DNA of 64,000 bases from an uncultured Haloferula sp. (GTDB taxonomy: Bacteria; Verrucomicrobiota; Verrucomicrobiia; Verrucomicrobiales; Akkermansiaceae): the NCBI GenBank assembly GCA_965652295.1, contig CBFGTS010000015.1, positions 41,086 to 105,085 on the forward strand, given 5' to 3'. The notes beneath the pieces were generated by a model, which saw nothing but the letters and a program-made list of their open reading frames with translations, searched no databases and was not told the DNA's origin. Shown here in pieces: positions 9,316 to 18,933 of the stretch. A program made the translations under genes and the position numbers. Positions within the stretch are counted from its first letter, which is position 1, and each line of letters starts with the position of its first letter.

Positions 9316-10071
9316 TCAGCCGCGCCGACGCAGCTCCCACTTGTCATGACGGTGGGAGATGGGCAGGGAGTTTTCTGCGGCGAAGCGCTCGACGGCGAGG
9401 CGCACGCCATCCCAGCTCCAGTCATCGCCGAAGAGGACCCCACCGGGACGAACGAGATCCCACCAGGCGACGAGGTCGGCATAGACGTCCTCCTCCTCAT
9501 GGCTGCCGTCGATGTAGATGAGGTCGGATTTCACGCCGTGGATCGCGCACCATTGGGCGGCGGTGATGGAGGGGACCGGAAAGGGCGTGATCCTGGCCTG
9601 GTGGCCGGCGCGGGCGACGTTGGCGAGGAAGGTGTAGTAGAGCGTGGGGTAGCCGTGACGCAGGTTCAGCGAACCGTGGCGGGTGGGGTCGTCGAGGTTC
9701 TGCCACATCTCCAGTGCACCGAGCCAGGTATCGACGCAGACGATTTCCGCATCGAGGCCGAGCCGTTCGAAGTGACCGGCCAGCGTGAGCGCGGAACCGC
9801 CTTTCCAAGTGCCGACCTCGATGATCCGCTGGGGCCGGAGTTCTTCGACCAGCTCGCCGAAGGCCGGGGAGTCGGAGCCCCAACCGGAGGCGTCGTCGGG
9901 CCAAACGGAGGGATCGAAATCGGCGTAGGGATCGACCTTGTGAAGCATGGGGCGGACCCGCCCGGAGTGGTCGCCCGCCACGTCGAAACGCTTCGCGCCC
10001 CGGAGCCGGCGAAGGCTGAAGCCGCACCGGTAGGCAAGGGCTTTGAGGAGGCTCTGGAGGTGTTTTTTCAC
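9316..10071 (-). CDS. class I SAM-dependent methyltransferase (Methyltransf_24-like)
   Basis: IIEVGTWKGGS, CVDTW, DLIYIDGSH, LVRPGGVLFGDDW; start uncertain (GTG 10071 chosen). Confidence 0.85.
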   Translation of the reverse strand: MKKHLQSLLKALAYRCGFSLRRLRGAKRFDVAGDHSGRVRPMLHKVDPYADFDPSVWPDDASGWGSDSPAFGELVEELRPQRIIEVGTWKGGSALTLAGHFERLGLDAEIVCVDTWLGALEMWQNLDDPTRHGSLNLRHGYPTLYYTFLANVARAGHQARITPFPVPSITAAQWCAIHGVKSDLIYIDGSHEEEDVYADLVAWWDLVRPGGVLFGDDWSWDGVRLAVERFAAENSLPISHRHDKWELRRRG

Positions 10072-10375
10072 GAAGGTGGCGCTGTGGACGGGAGGATGAT
10101 CCGGGAAACCGCGAATGGACACGAATCTGCGCGAATAGGAACCAGGAACCGGCCAGCGGGAATGGTGTTCGTTCGCCTGTTGGCGGTCATGCCGCGCCCC
10201 GTTCGCGGTTTCGCGTTCCTTTCAAGGGCTTGGGAGAGGAGCGAGCTTCGGGGAACTCGAAGGGACTGGGGATGAGGGGCGTGGTGCGAGGAGCCCTATC
10301 CGGCGGTCGATGCCCGCCGCTCCTTTGGGGCGCGAGCTATCTATCGAAGAGGAGAGGGCATCGGGGGCGAGGCGG

Positions 10376-10399
10376 TGCCGATTTCATAATCGGCGCTCC
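10376..10399. repeat. REP-like hairpin, copy 1 (TGCCGATTTCATAATCGGCGCTCC)
   Basis: GCCGATT-TCAT-AATCGGC palindrome; identical 24-mer at 17882-17905. Confidence 0.75.
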
Positions 10400-10400
10400 T

Positions 10401-11645
10401 TCAGATGATCATGCCGGCGGCGACGGTCTCGTTGGTCCCGGGGTCGATGAGGATGAAGGAGCCGGTGTGGCGGTTCTTGCGGTAGCTGTCGTGGATCACC
10501 GGGCTGGCGGTGCGCAGGCTGATGCGGCCGATGTCGTTCATCGCGAAGCCGTCGATGCCCTCGATCTTGTGCAGGGTGTTGATATCGACGTGGTATTTCA
10601 CCTCGCGCACGACGGCCTGCATGTCGCGGGTGGTGTGGCGGAGGGTGAGCTTGGCGCGGTGACCCATCGGCTTGTTGGAAAACCAGCAGATCATCGCCTC
10701 GATGTCCTGCTCGACCTTGGGCGGGTTGTTGGCCTTCACGATCATGTCGCCACGCGAGATGTCGATCTCGTCGTTCAGGGTGATCGTGACGCTCTGGGGC
10801 GCGAAGGCTTCCTCCAGAGTGCCGTCGGCGGTGTGGATGGCCTTGATGGACGACTTGAAGCCGCTCGGCAGGGCGACGACCTCATCGCCGGGCTTGAAGA
10901 CACCGCCGGCGACCCGACCGGCAAAGCCGCGGAAGTCGTGCCACTCGTCGCTCTGCGGACGGATGACCCACTGCACGGGGAAGCGGGCGTCGACGTGGTT
11001 TTCCTCGCCCCCGACATAGACGTGCTCCAGATGGTAAAGAAGCGAGGGACCCTGGAACCAGGGCATCTTGTCGGACTTGTCGACGACGTTGTCGCCGTTG
11101 AGAGCGGAGATCGGGATCGGCGTGATATCGACGATGTTGTCGAGGCGCGAGGCGAAGTCCTGGTAGTCCTTGACGATCCGGTTGTAGGTTTCCTCGTCGT
11201 AATCCACGAGGTCCATCTTGTTGATGGCGACGACCACGTGCTGGATGCGCAGCAGGTTGGCGATGAAGCTGTGCCGCTTGGTTTGCTCGATGACGCCCTT
11301 GCGCGCATCGACGAGGATAATGGCGAGGTTGGCGGTCGAGGCCCCGGTCACCATGTTGCGGGTGTACTGGATGTGCCCCGGGGTGTCGGCGATGATGAAC
11401 TTCCGCTTCGGTGTGGCGAAGTAGCGGTAGGCGACGTCGATGGTGATACCCTGTTCGCGCTCGGCCTTGAGCCCATCGGTCAGCAGCGCGAGGTTGACGT
11501 GTTCATCGCCCCGGCGGCGCGAGCTTTCCTCGACGGCCTCGAGCTGGTCCTCGAAGATCGACTTGGAATCGTAGAGAAGACGGCCGATGAGGGTGGATTT
11601 GCCGTCGTCAACCGAGCCGGCAGTGGTGAAGCGGAGTAAATCCAT
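10401..11645 (-). CDS. cysN: sulfate adenylyltransferase subunit 1 (GTPase)
   Basis: LRFTTAGSVDDGKSTLIGRLLYDSK, EREQGITIDVAYRYF, DTPGH, NKMD. Confidence 0.96.
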   Translation of the reverse strand: MDLLRFTTAGSVDDGKSTLIGRLLYDSKSIFEDQLEAVEESSRRRGDEHVNLALLTDGLKAEREQGITIDVAYRYFATPKRKFIIADTPGHIQYTRNMVTGASTANLAIILVDARKGVIEQTKRHSFIANLLRIQHVVVAINKMDLVDYDEETYNRIVKDYQDFASRLDNIVDITPIPISALNGDNVVDKSDKMPWFQGPSLLYHLEHVYVGGEENHVDARFPVQWVIRPQSDEWHDFRGFAGRVAGGVFKPGDEVVALPSGFKSSIKAIHTADGTLEEAFAPQSVTITLNDEIDISRGDMIVKANNPPKVEQDIEAMICWFSNKPMGHRAKLTLRHTTRDMQAVVREVKYHVDINTLHKIEGIDGFAMNDIGRISLRTASPVIHDSYRKNRHTGSFILIDPGTNETVAAGMII

Positions 11646-11648
11646 GAA

Positions 11649-11753
11649 AGTTTGCTAGTTTTCAGTGTTCAGTTTTCAGCAAAGAAGGTCGGAGTCGTCG
11701 AATCAGTGGCTCGTTCTGCATTCTGAAAACTGAACACTGAAAACTAACAAACT
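11649..11753. repeat. 31-bp inverted repeat built from TTTTCAG-type heptamers
   Basis: AGTTTGCTAGTTTTCAGTGTTCAGTTTTCAG (11649-11679) and CTGAAAACTGAACACTGAAAACTAACAAACT (11723-11753), 1 mismatch. Confidence 0.85.
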
Positions 11754-11763
11754 CCCGAAGGGG

Positions 11764-12669
11764 TCAGAAGTATCCTTCCTTCTTGCGGTCTTCCATCGAG
11801 GTCTCGGAGCGTTTGTCGTCGGCGCGGTTGCCGCGTTCGGTCTGGCGGGCGGCGGCGACCTCCTCGATGATCTTGTCCATGGTGTCGGCATCGGACTCGA
11901 CGGCGCCGGTGATGGTGGCGTCGCCCATGGTGCGGAAGCGGATCCGCTTGCGTTCGACCTTCTCGCCCTCGCGCGGCTGGACGAACTCGCTGACGGCGAG
12001 GATGGTGTTGTTGCGGGTGACGGTATCGCGCTCGTGGGCGTAGTAGAGGCTGGGGAGGACGATGTTCTCCCGCTTCATGTACATCCAGATGTCCATCTCC
12101 GTGAAGTTGGACAGCGGGAAGACCCGGAAGTGCTCGCCGGGGTGCATGCGGCCGTTGAAGAGGTTCCAGAGTTCGGGGCGCTGGTTCTTGGGGTCCCACT
12201 GGCCGAAGTCGTCGCGGTGCGAGAAGAAGCGTTCCTTGGCGCGGGCCTTCTCCTCGTCGCGGCGGCCGCCGCCGAGGACGGCGTCGAATTTCTGCTCCTC
12301 GATGGTGTCGAGCAGCGTCGTGGTTTGGAGGCGGTTGCGGGAGGCGTCGGGCCCCTTCTCCTCGGTCACCCGGCCCTTGTCGATGGAGTCCTGGACGGAG
12401 CCGATGACCAAGCGGGCACCCATTTTCTCGGCGAACTCGTCGCGGTACTGGATGGTCTCCGGGAAATTGTGGCCGGTATCGACGTGGACGAGCGGAAAGG
12501 GCAGGCGGGAGGGGTGGAAGGCTTTACGGGCGAGCCAGGCCATCACGATCGAGTCCTTGCCCGCGGAAAACAACAGGCCCGGATTCTGGAACTGGGCGGC
12601 GGTTTCGCGGAGGATGAAAATCGCTTCGGCCTCCAGCTGATCGAGGTGGGAGAGGTTGTAGTTGGGCAT
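11764..12669 (-). CDS. cysD: sulfate adenylyltransferase subunit 2
   Basis: SHLDQLEAEAIFILRE, LFSAGKDS, GGGRRDEEKARAKER, SMEDRKKEGYF. Confidence 0.96.
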   Translation of the reverse strand: MPNYNLSHLDQLEAEAIFILRETAAQFQNPGLLFSAGKDSIVMAWLARKAFHPSRLPFPLVHVDTGHNFPETIQYRDEFAEKMGARLVIGSVQDSIDKGRVTEEKGPDASRNRLQTTTLLDTIEEQKFDAVLGGGRRDEEKARAKERFFSHRDDFGQWDPKNQRPELWNLFNGRMHPGEHFRVFPLSNFTEMDIWMYMKRENIVLPSLYYAHERDTVTRNNTILAVSEFVQPREGEKVERKRIRFRTMGDATITGAVESDADTMDKIIEEVAAARQTERGNRADDKRSETSMEDRKKEGYF

Positions 12670-12790
12670 TGGGTAAAAACTGAAATGCTGAAAATCTGAA
12701 ACCGGCCGGTGCGGGGGCGCAGGAAAACGCCGTCCAAGGCGGCGACGCAAGTATTATTTACTTACTTGGGTAAGTTGGTAAGGTATTCCA

Positions 12791-13723
12791 CTACCGGGAA
12801 CTGGGTTCCGCCAGGGCGCTGACCTCGTCGATCGTTGCGGCCAAGCCTTCTTCCAGGCTGCTGACGTGACGGAACCCGGTGGACAAGAGCTTTTCGATGG
12901 AAGCCATGGAGTGCTTCACGTCGCCGGCGCGGGTGGGCCGATGGTCGACAGAAGAGGTGGAACCGGTGAGGTGGAGAATCTCGCGGGCGAGGTGGTTGAT
13001 CGTGATCCGGCTGCCATAGCCGGCGTTGAAGGTGCCGTGGAGGCCGGGTGACGAGGCGACGTGGACCAGCGCCGCGACGATGTCTTTCACATAGATGAAG
13101 TCCCGGGTCTGCTCGCCATCTCCGAAAATGGTCAGCGGTTCTCCGTTCAAAGCCTTGTGGATGAAGATGGGTACCGCGGCGGCGTAGGCTCCGTTCGGAT
13201 CCTGGCGCGGACCGAAGACGTTGAAGAACCGCAGGGAGGCGGTTTCAATCCTTCCTTCGCGGTGGAACATCTCCAGATAGTGCTCTCCGTCGAGCTTGGT
13301 GATCGCATACGGGCTCTTCGGCTCCGGTAGCATGGTCTCCCGCTTCGGAACGGTGGGGTTGTCCCCGTAAACCGCGGCGGAGCTGGCGAAGACGAGCTTG
13401 CGCACTCCGTTCGCGGCCGCGGCTTCGAGTACGTTCAGCAAACCCATGACATTCAGGCGTGCGCACTCGATGGGATCGTCCATCGACTCGGGGACCGAGA
13501 CCAGTGCGGCAAGGTGGAAGACGAGGTCCACGCCCTCCATCGCTCGTTCGACCGCCGCCCGATCCGTGATGCAAGCCTCGTGCAAGGTGTGGCGGAATCC
13601 GTTGAGGTTCCTTGCGTAACCCGTGCGGAAGTTGTCGATCACCACCACCTCATGATCCGCGTGGAAATGTTCGACGAGGTGGCTGCCGATGAACCCGGCG
13701 CCGCCGGTGATGAGAATTTTCAT
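12791..13723 (-). CDS. NAD-dependent epimerase/dehydratase (UDP-Glc/GlcNAc 4-epimerase-like)
   Basis: MKILITGGAGFIGSHL, SSAAVYG, PKSPYAITK, FNVFGPRQDP. Confidence 0.9.
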   Translation of the reverse strand: MKILITGGAGFIGSHLVEHFHADHEVVVIDNFRTGYARNLNGFRHTLHEACITDRAAVERAMEGVDLVFHLAALVSVPESMDDPIECARLNVMGLLNVLEAAAANGVRKLVFASSAAVYGDNPTVPKRETMLPEPKSPYAITKLDGEHYLEMFHREGRIETASLRFFNVFGPRQDPNGAYAAAVPIFIHKALNGEPLTIFGDGEQTRDFIYVKDIVAALVHVASSPGLHGTFNAGYGSRITINHLAREILHLTGSTSSVDHRPTRAGDVKHSMASIEKLLSTGFRHVSSLEEGLAATIDEVSALAEPSSR

Positions 13724-13748
13724 GAGGGAAGAGATCCGTGATCGAACG

Positions 13749-14333
13749 TCACCCGGCGATGCCGGCGCTGCGGATCCACTCGAGGATCTCAAACACGGAG
13801 TCTTCGACGGAGAGTTTCTCGGTATCGAGCACCAGGCCGGGATCCTGGGGTTCTTCGAAGCCGCTGTCCTTGCCGGTAAACTGGGGAATTTCCCCCGCCT
13901 CGGCCTTGGCGTAGAGACCTTTGGGATCGCGCGCCTGACAGGTAGCGTAGCTGGCCTTGACGTAAATTTCCCGGAAGTCGCCGCCGAGGATGCCGCGGGC
14001 AAGATCGCGGAAGACACCCTTGGGGGTGATCAGCGAGCAGATGACGATCACCCCGTTGTCAGCCAGCACCTTGGCGAGTTCTGCGGTGCGGCGGATGTTC
14101 TCCATGCGGTCGTCATCGCTGAAACCGAGATTGCTGTTGAGGCCGGTGCGGAGGTTGTCGCCGTCGAGACGGATCGCAAAGCGGCCTTGATCATGGAGCA
14201 CGTGCTCAAGGGCTCCGGCGATGGTCGACTTACCCGAGCCGGAAAGCCCACAGAGCCACAGGACGGTGCCCTTCTGACCGAGCAGGGTTTCCTTGTGGTG
14301 GCGCGGGAGCGTGGCGTGGGGGTGGATGTGCAT
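13749..14333 (-). CDS. cysC: adenylyl-sulfate kinase
   Basis: WLCGLSGSGKST P-loop, LDGDNLR, RDPKGLY..A..GEIPQFTG; start ATG 14333. Confidence 0.95.
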   Translation of the reverse strand: MHIHPHATLPRHHKETLLGQKGTVLWLCGLSGSGKSTIAGALEHVLHDQGRFAIRLDGDNLRTGLNSNLGFSDDDRMENIRRTAELAKVLADNGVIVICSLITPKGVFRDLARGILGGDFREIYVKASYATCQARDPKGLYAKAEAGEIPQFTGKDSGFEEPQDPGLVLDTEKLSVEDSVFEILEWIRSAGIAG

Positions 14334-14377
14334 GGAGCGTATAGCGGGAAGCGCGATTCGGCGGCGCGTTCTTTTCG

Positions 14378-15136
14378 TCAGTCTCTGGAATGATCGAGCA
14401 GAGTGTAGAAAATGAAACGGGAATTGTGGGTCAGGTAACGTTTGAAAAGCCGCCGCGGCTCGCAGGCCATGCGATAGGCCCATTCCAAGCCGGTTTTCTG
14501 AAGAAGCGGAGGTGCCTGGGCGACCTCTCCGGCATGGAAAGCGAAGGCCGCGCCGATTCCGAAATAGACCCCCGGGGGCAGCTCGTGCTTGTGACGGGCA
14601 ATCCAGTGTTCCTGTTTCGGGCAACCGAGCCCGACCCAGATCAGATCGGCACCGGAGTCGAGGATACGGCCGCGGATGCGATCGAATTCGTCCTCCGGCC
14701 ATTCGCCAAAGGGAGGCGAATAGGCCCCGGCGATCTCAGCCTTGGGAAAACGGGCCGCAAAGGTCCCGCGGAGCTTGGCGAGGGTGGACTCCTTCCCGCC
14801 GAGCAGGAAATGCCGGTGCCCGCTCCGCTGCTCGGTGGCCCGGAGGGTTTCCAGCATCAGGGTGGGACCGTAAACGCGATCGGTGAGCCGCTCGGCCGGA
14901 GCGAGGCTGACATTCATCACCCACACGAGCGGCATGCCGTCCGGAACGCAGAGGTCGAAGGCGCGCATGGCACCACCGAAACCTTCATCGGCTCTCGCCA
15001 TCGAAGCGACGTGGGTGTTCGCCGCCTCCACAGCGTAGGCACGGTCGCGACGCGCGGCGCGGTCGAGAATCCAATCGACGGCACCCGCATAGTCGGTGGC
15101 GGCGAGAGGAAGACCGATGACGGAAATGGATTTCAA
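14378..15136 (-). CDS. WecB/TagA/CpsF (WecG-like, GT26) glycosyltransferase
   Basis: PDGMPLVW, RVYGP, WVGLGCPKQE, GLEWAYR..EPRRL..RY. Confidence 0.92.
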   Translation of the reverse strand: MKSISVIGLPLAATDYAGAVDWILDRAARRDRAYAVEAANTHVASMARADEGFGGAMRAFDLCVPDGMPLVWVMNVSLAPAERLTDRVYGPTLMLETLRATEQRSGHRHFLLGGKESTLAKLRGTFAARFPKAEIAGAYSPPFGEWPEDEFDRIRGRILDSGADLIWVGLGCPKQEHWIARHKHELPPGVYFGIGAAFAFHAGEVAQAPPLLQKTGLEWAYRMACEPRRLFKRYLTHNSRFIFYTLLDHSRD

Positions 15137-15166
15137 AGCGGTGGTCGGAGAATAGAACGGGCGCGT

Positions 15167-15526
15167 TCAGCGACGGCCCCGCAAAACCAGTCCCAATTCG
15201 GATTCCAACTGGCGGGTGAGCCCGATCGCCCAATCGAGATCGTCCAGGGACTCCGAGCGGAGGGAGTCGGTGAAGGCGTGGCCTACGGCGCGGGCGGCGG
15301 AGCGAGCGGCGGCCAGCAGCCCGCGCGATTCACGCCCGGCTGGCCGGTCGAAGCTCTCGGCCACGAGGGAGGCCGGCCGGGCACCGAGGCGGCGGAGCCA
15401 ACGGGCCAGGTGAGGGTTTCCCCGCCGTTCAAGCTCACGGGCAATGAGCATGGTTTCCACCGCCAGGTCCCGGGCATCGAGCCAGGCTTGGAATTCTTCA
15501 AATCGAGGTGGAGGACCGCTTTTCAT
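15167..15526 (-). CDS. hypothetical protein
   Basis: Co-oriented ORF filling the gap in the operon; no recognisable motif; start uncertain. Confidence 0.45.
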   Translation of the reverse strand: MKSGPPPRFEEFQAWLDARDLAVETMLIARELERRGNPHLARWLRRLGARPASLVAESFDRPAGRESRGLLAAARSAARAVGHAFTDSLRSESLDDLDWAIGLTRQLESELGLVLRGRR

Positions 15527-15561
15527 CAGCTCTTTCGTTTCCCTCCCGGACACCCGGAGGA

Positions 15562-16641
15562 TCAGCGACAGTAGGGTTCAATGGGACGCAACCCGTCGCA
15601 GGCGGTCAATGCGCTTTCGCGCGCAGCAGAATCGCCAAACAGGTAGAGGGCGTAGCCACCGTGCCCGCCACCGCAGTACTTTTTCGCCACATTGCCGGGG
15701 ATTTCGGGCAAGGGTTTCATCCCTTCATCGAGCTGCGCCTCATGGTAAACCGCCACCGCGCTGGCAAGCAGGGAGAGATCGGACCGGAGGACCGCCTCTC
15801 GCGCAAGATCGCCACTGGCAGCGATGCGGTCGTAGTCGCGCGACCGGCCGACGTAACCGGGTGTGTCGTGAGGGCTTCCGGTCCAGAAAATCGCCATCCG
15901 ACCTTTGAGGAAGTCTCCGCTTTGCTTGAAGTCGAGAACCGGCGCTGGGCCGGAGCGCCAGACGCACAGGCCTGTTTCGTGGATCACCGCAGGGTCCTGC
16001 CAGCCGACACCGAGATCGATTTCGGATTCAATCCCGCAGCGCCCGTTCAGGAGCGCCCAGGCACCGCTGCCGCCGAGGCCGGCTTGTCTTTCGTAGGGCC
16101 ACTCACGGAGCGAGACAAAGGGTGTGATCGCGCAGTTGACCACATAGGCACCCTCGCGGGCGAAAGCCGGGACATCGAGCCAGCCACCGGCGAAATCCAC
16201 CCTCAACGGTGCCTCGCTCGGTGCCCGGACCCAGCGGACGATGGATGAAGTCGAGACCGGCTCGAACTTCGGCGGTGTCTTGGGAAGGAGGACGTAGCGG
16301 GCACCGATTTGATCGCAGAGGTCACGCTTGAGGTGCCCGTACTGGTCGTCCTCGGTGACGGCGAGGACGTCGGGCTTGAGCCGCAGGAAGTGGTCTTTGA
16401 AGTCCAGGCCTTCTTCGTGGCTATCGCCGATGACGACCTGATCAACGACCCGCATGCCTTCGAGCAGTGCTTTCTTGTGCTGGTCCGGAATGGAGGGCTT
16501 CCGGCGCTTGTGGATCCAAAGCACTTCCTCCGAGGCGAACGACACGGTGAGGTGATCACCGAGTGCCCGCGCTTCCTCGAAGAACTGGAGGTGACCTCCA
16601 TGAAGGATGTCATAGCAACCGCTGACGAAGACCTTCTTCAA
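15562..16641 (-). CDS. cytidylyltransferase-family (HIGH) nucleotidyltransferase fused to a compact GHMP sugar kinase
   Basis: N-term VFVSGCYDILHGGH...STSSI; C-term APLRVDFAGGWLD, AGLGGSGA, GWQD, KYCGGGHGGY. Confidence 0.85.
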   Translation of the reverse strand: MKKVFVSGCYDILHGGHLQFFEEARALGDHLTVSFASEEVLWIHKRRKPSIPDQHKKALLEGMRVVDQVVIGDSHEEGLDFKDHFLRLKPDVLAVTEDDQYGHLKRDLCDQIGARYVLLPKTPPKFEPVSTSSIVRWVRAPSEAPLRVDFAGGWLDVPAFAREGAYVVNCAITPFVSLREWPYERQAGLGGSGAWALLNGRCGIESEIDLGVGWQDPAVIHETGLCVWRSGPAPVLDFKQSGDFLKGRMAIFWTGSPHDTPGYVGRSRDYDRIAASGDLAREAVLRSDLSLLASAVAVYHEAQLDEGMKPLPEIPGNVAKKYCGGGHGGYALYLFGDSAARESALTACDGLRPIEPYCR

Positions 16642-16686
16642 AGCTGAAATCCCAAGTAATGCGTCCCGCTGTCCGGCCTTTCAGCT

Positions 16687-17802
16687 TTACTCCTTGGCGA
16701 CCGAAACACGGTGGCCGTGAGCCTTGAGCAGCGCGTGTCGCTTGGCGACGTCGAGGTCGCTGGCGACCATTTCGGCGCACATCTCCTCGACGGTGATCTC
16801 CGGCACCCACCCGAGCTTGTCTTTGGCCTTGGAGGGATCGCCCAGCAGCGTTTCCACCTCCGCGGGGCGGAAATAGCGGGGATCGACGCGCACGATAACG
16901 TCGCCGATTTTCACGCCCGGGGCGTTGTCGCCTTCCACCGCGGTGATGGTGGCGATTTCATCCACGCCCTCGCCGCTGAACTCGACGATGATGCCGGCTT
17001 CCTTCGCCGACATCCGCACGAATTCGCGGACCGAGATCTGCTTGCCAGTGGCGATGACGTAGTCCTCGGGTTCGTCCTGCTGGAGCATCATCCACTGCAT
17101 GCGGACGTAGTCCTTGGCGTGGCCCCAGTCGCGCAGGGCATCCATGTTGCCGAGGTAGAGGCAGGGCTCCAGGCCCTGGGCGATGTTGGCGATCCCGCGG
17201 GTGATCTTGCGGGTCACGAAGGTCTCGCCGCGACGCGGGGACTCGTGGTTGAAGAGGATGCCGTTGCAGGCGTAGATGCCGTAGGATTCGCGGTAATTCA
17301 CCGTGATCCAGTAGGCATACATCTTGGCCACCGCGTACGGAGAGCGGGGATAGAACGGGGTGGTCTCCTTTTGCGGAGTCTCCTGCACCAAGCCGTACAA
17401 CTCGGACGTGGAGGCCTGGTAAAAGCGGGTCTTCTTTTCGAGGCCCAGGAAGCGGATCGCCTCCAGAAGGCGCAGCGTGCCGATGGCGTCAACATCCGCG
17501 GTGTATTCAGGCGCTTCGAAGGAGACCGCCACGTGGGACTGGGCACCCAGGTTGTAAACCTCATCCGGCTGCACCTCGCTGAGGATACGGGTCAGGTTCG
17601 AGGTGTCGGTCAGGTCGCCGTAGTGGAGGCGGAAGCGGGCATGCTCGACGTGGGGATCCTCGTAAATGTGATCGACCCGCTGGGTGTTGAAAAGCGAGGC
17701 CCGGCGTTTGATGCCGTGAACTTCATAGCCTTTCTCGAGGAGGAACTCGGCAAGGTAGGAACCGTCCTGACCGGTGATGCCGGTGATAAGTGCTTTTTTC
17801 AT
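16687..17802 (-). CDS. gmd: GDP-mannose 4,6-dehydratase
   Basis: [49 protein letters not shown]. Confidence 0.97.
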   Translation of the reverse strand: MKKALITGITGQDGSYLAEFLLEKGYEVHGIKRRASLFNTQRVDHIYEDPHVEHARFRLHYGDLTDTSNLTRILSEVQPDEVYNLGAQSHVAVSFEAPEYTADVDAIGTLRLLEAIRFLGLEKKTRFYQASTSELYGLVQETPQKETTPFYPRSPYAVAKMYAYWITVNYRESYGIYACNGILFNHESPRRGETFVTRKITRGIANIAQGLEPCLYLGNMDALRDWGHAKDYVRMQWMMLQQDEPEDYVIATGKQISVREFVRMSAKEAGIIVEFSGEGVDEIATITAVEGDNAPGVKIGDVIVRVDPRYFRPAEVETLLGDPSKAKDKLGWVPEITVEEMCAEMVASDLDVAKRHALLKAHGHRVSVAKE

Positions 17803-17881
17803 GAGAGCGGAGAGAGGAAAGAGGAGAGGAGGGCTGCAAGGCCCTCTATCGCTGGGATGAAGAATGCCAAAGGTAAGGCGA

Positions 17882-17905
17882 TGCCGATTTCATAATCGGC
17901 GCTCC
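17882..17905. repeat. REP-like hairpin, copy 2
   Basis: Identical to 10376-10399. Confidence 0.75.
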
Positions 17906-17915
17906 GGGCGCTCCT

Positions 17916-18854
17916 TCAAAGCCTGGCGGCGCCGGCTTCGAGGGAGGTGAGGAAATCCTGATAGGCACCGGCGAGGCCTTCTTCGAGGGAGATCGCGGGA
18001 GCCCAGCCGGTGCTGCGGATGAGCGTGTTGTCCATCAGCTTGCGCGGGGTGCCGTCGGGCTTGGTCGGATCGGTCTTGATGGCACCCTCAAAGCCGACCG
18101 TTTTCGCCACCAGCGTGGCCAGGTCGAGAATGGTGACGTCATCGCCGTAGCCGACGTTGACCCAGTCGGGCGGGTCCGCGAGGCCGAGGAGGTGGAAGCA
18201 GGCTTTCGCCAGATCGTCGGTGTGGAGGAACTCGCGACGCGGCGCGCCGGTGCCCCAGATGGTGACCTCGTCCGCACCGGCTTCCCTGGCTTCATGGAAG
18301 CGGCGGATGAGGGCGGGAATGACGTGGGAATTCTCGGCGTGGTAGTTGTCGCCGGGGCCGTAGAGGTTCGTCGGCATCGCCGAATGGTACATCAGGCCGT
18401 GCTGCGCGCGGTAGTGCTGGCACATCTTCAGGCCGGCGATCTTGGCGATGGCGTAGGCCTCGTTGGTGGCCTCCAGCGGACTGGTGAGCAGGCAGTCCTC
18501 GGGCATCGGCTGCGGCGCGCGCTTCGGGTAGATGCAGGAAGAGCCGAGGAAAAGCACGCGCTCGACCCCAGCCTGGCGGCAGCCTTCGATCGAGTTCGCG
18601 GCGATGGCGAGGTTCTCGTAAATGAAGTCGGCCGGATAGGTCGAGTTTGCGTGGATCCCGCCGACCTTGGCCGCGGCGATGATCACGATGTCCGGCTTTT
18701 CCGCGGCCAGGAAAGCGAAGGTGCCCGACTGGTCGCAAAGATCGACGCGGCTCCGTCCGGCGGTGAGGATTTCATAGGTTCCAAGGCGCTCCGCCTCGCG
18801 CACGAGAGCGGATCCCACCATGCCGCGGTGGCCTGCGATGAAGATCTTTTTCAT
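17916..18854 (-). CDS. fcl: GDP-L-fucose synthase
   Basis: [57 protein letters not shown]. Confidence 0.96.
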   Translation of the reverse strand: MKKIFIAGHRGMVGSALVREAERLGTYEILTAGRSRVDLCDQSGTFAFLAAEKPDIVIIAAAKVGGIHANSTYPADFIYENLAIAANSIEGCRQAGVERVLFLGSSCIYPKRAPQPMPEDCLLTSPLEATNEAYAIAKIAGLKMCQHYRAQHGLMYHSAMPTNLYGPGDNYHAENSHVIPALIRRFHEAREAGADEVTIWGTGAPRREFLHTDDLAKACFHLLGLADPPDWVNVGYGDDVTILDLATLVAKTVGFEGAIKTDPTKPDGTPRKLMDNTLIRSTGWAPAISLEEGLAGAYQDFLTSLEAGAARL

Positions 18855-18933
18855 GAATTCAGGAGAGCGGCTCTGTAAGCCGCTGAACGGATGAACGGGG
18901 CGCTTGTTGAAGCGGCTTGCAAAGCCGCTCTCC

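Noticed and set aside
10105..10215. CGCGAAT/ACACGAAT nonamer-like repeats (a similar CTCAGTG/CTCTGTG set occurs at 50030-50072)
   Set aside because: Too degenerate to define boundaries or a family from this window alone
11649..11753. CRISPR-like 31-bp repeats
   Set aside because: Copies are inverted or dispersed, not a direct repeat-spacer array, and no cas genes are present
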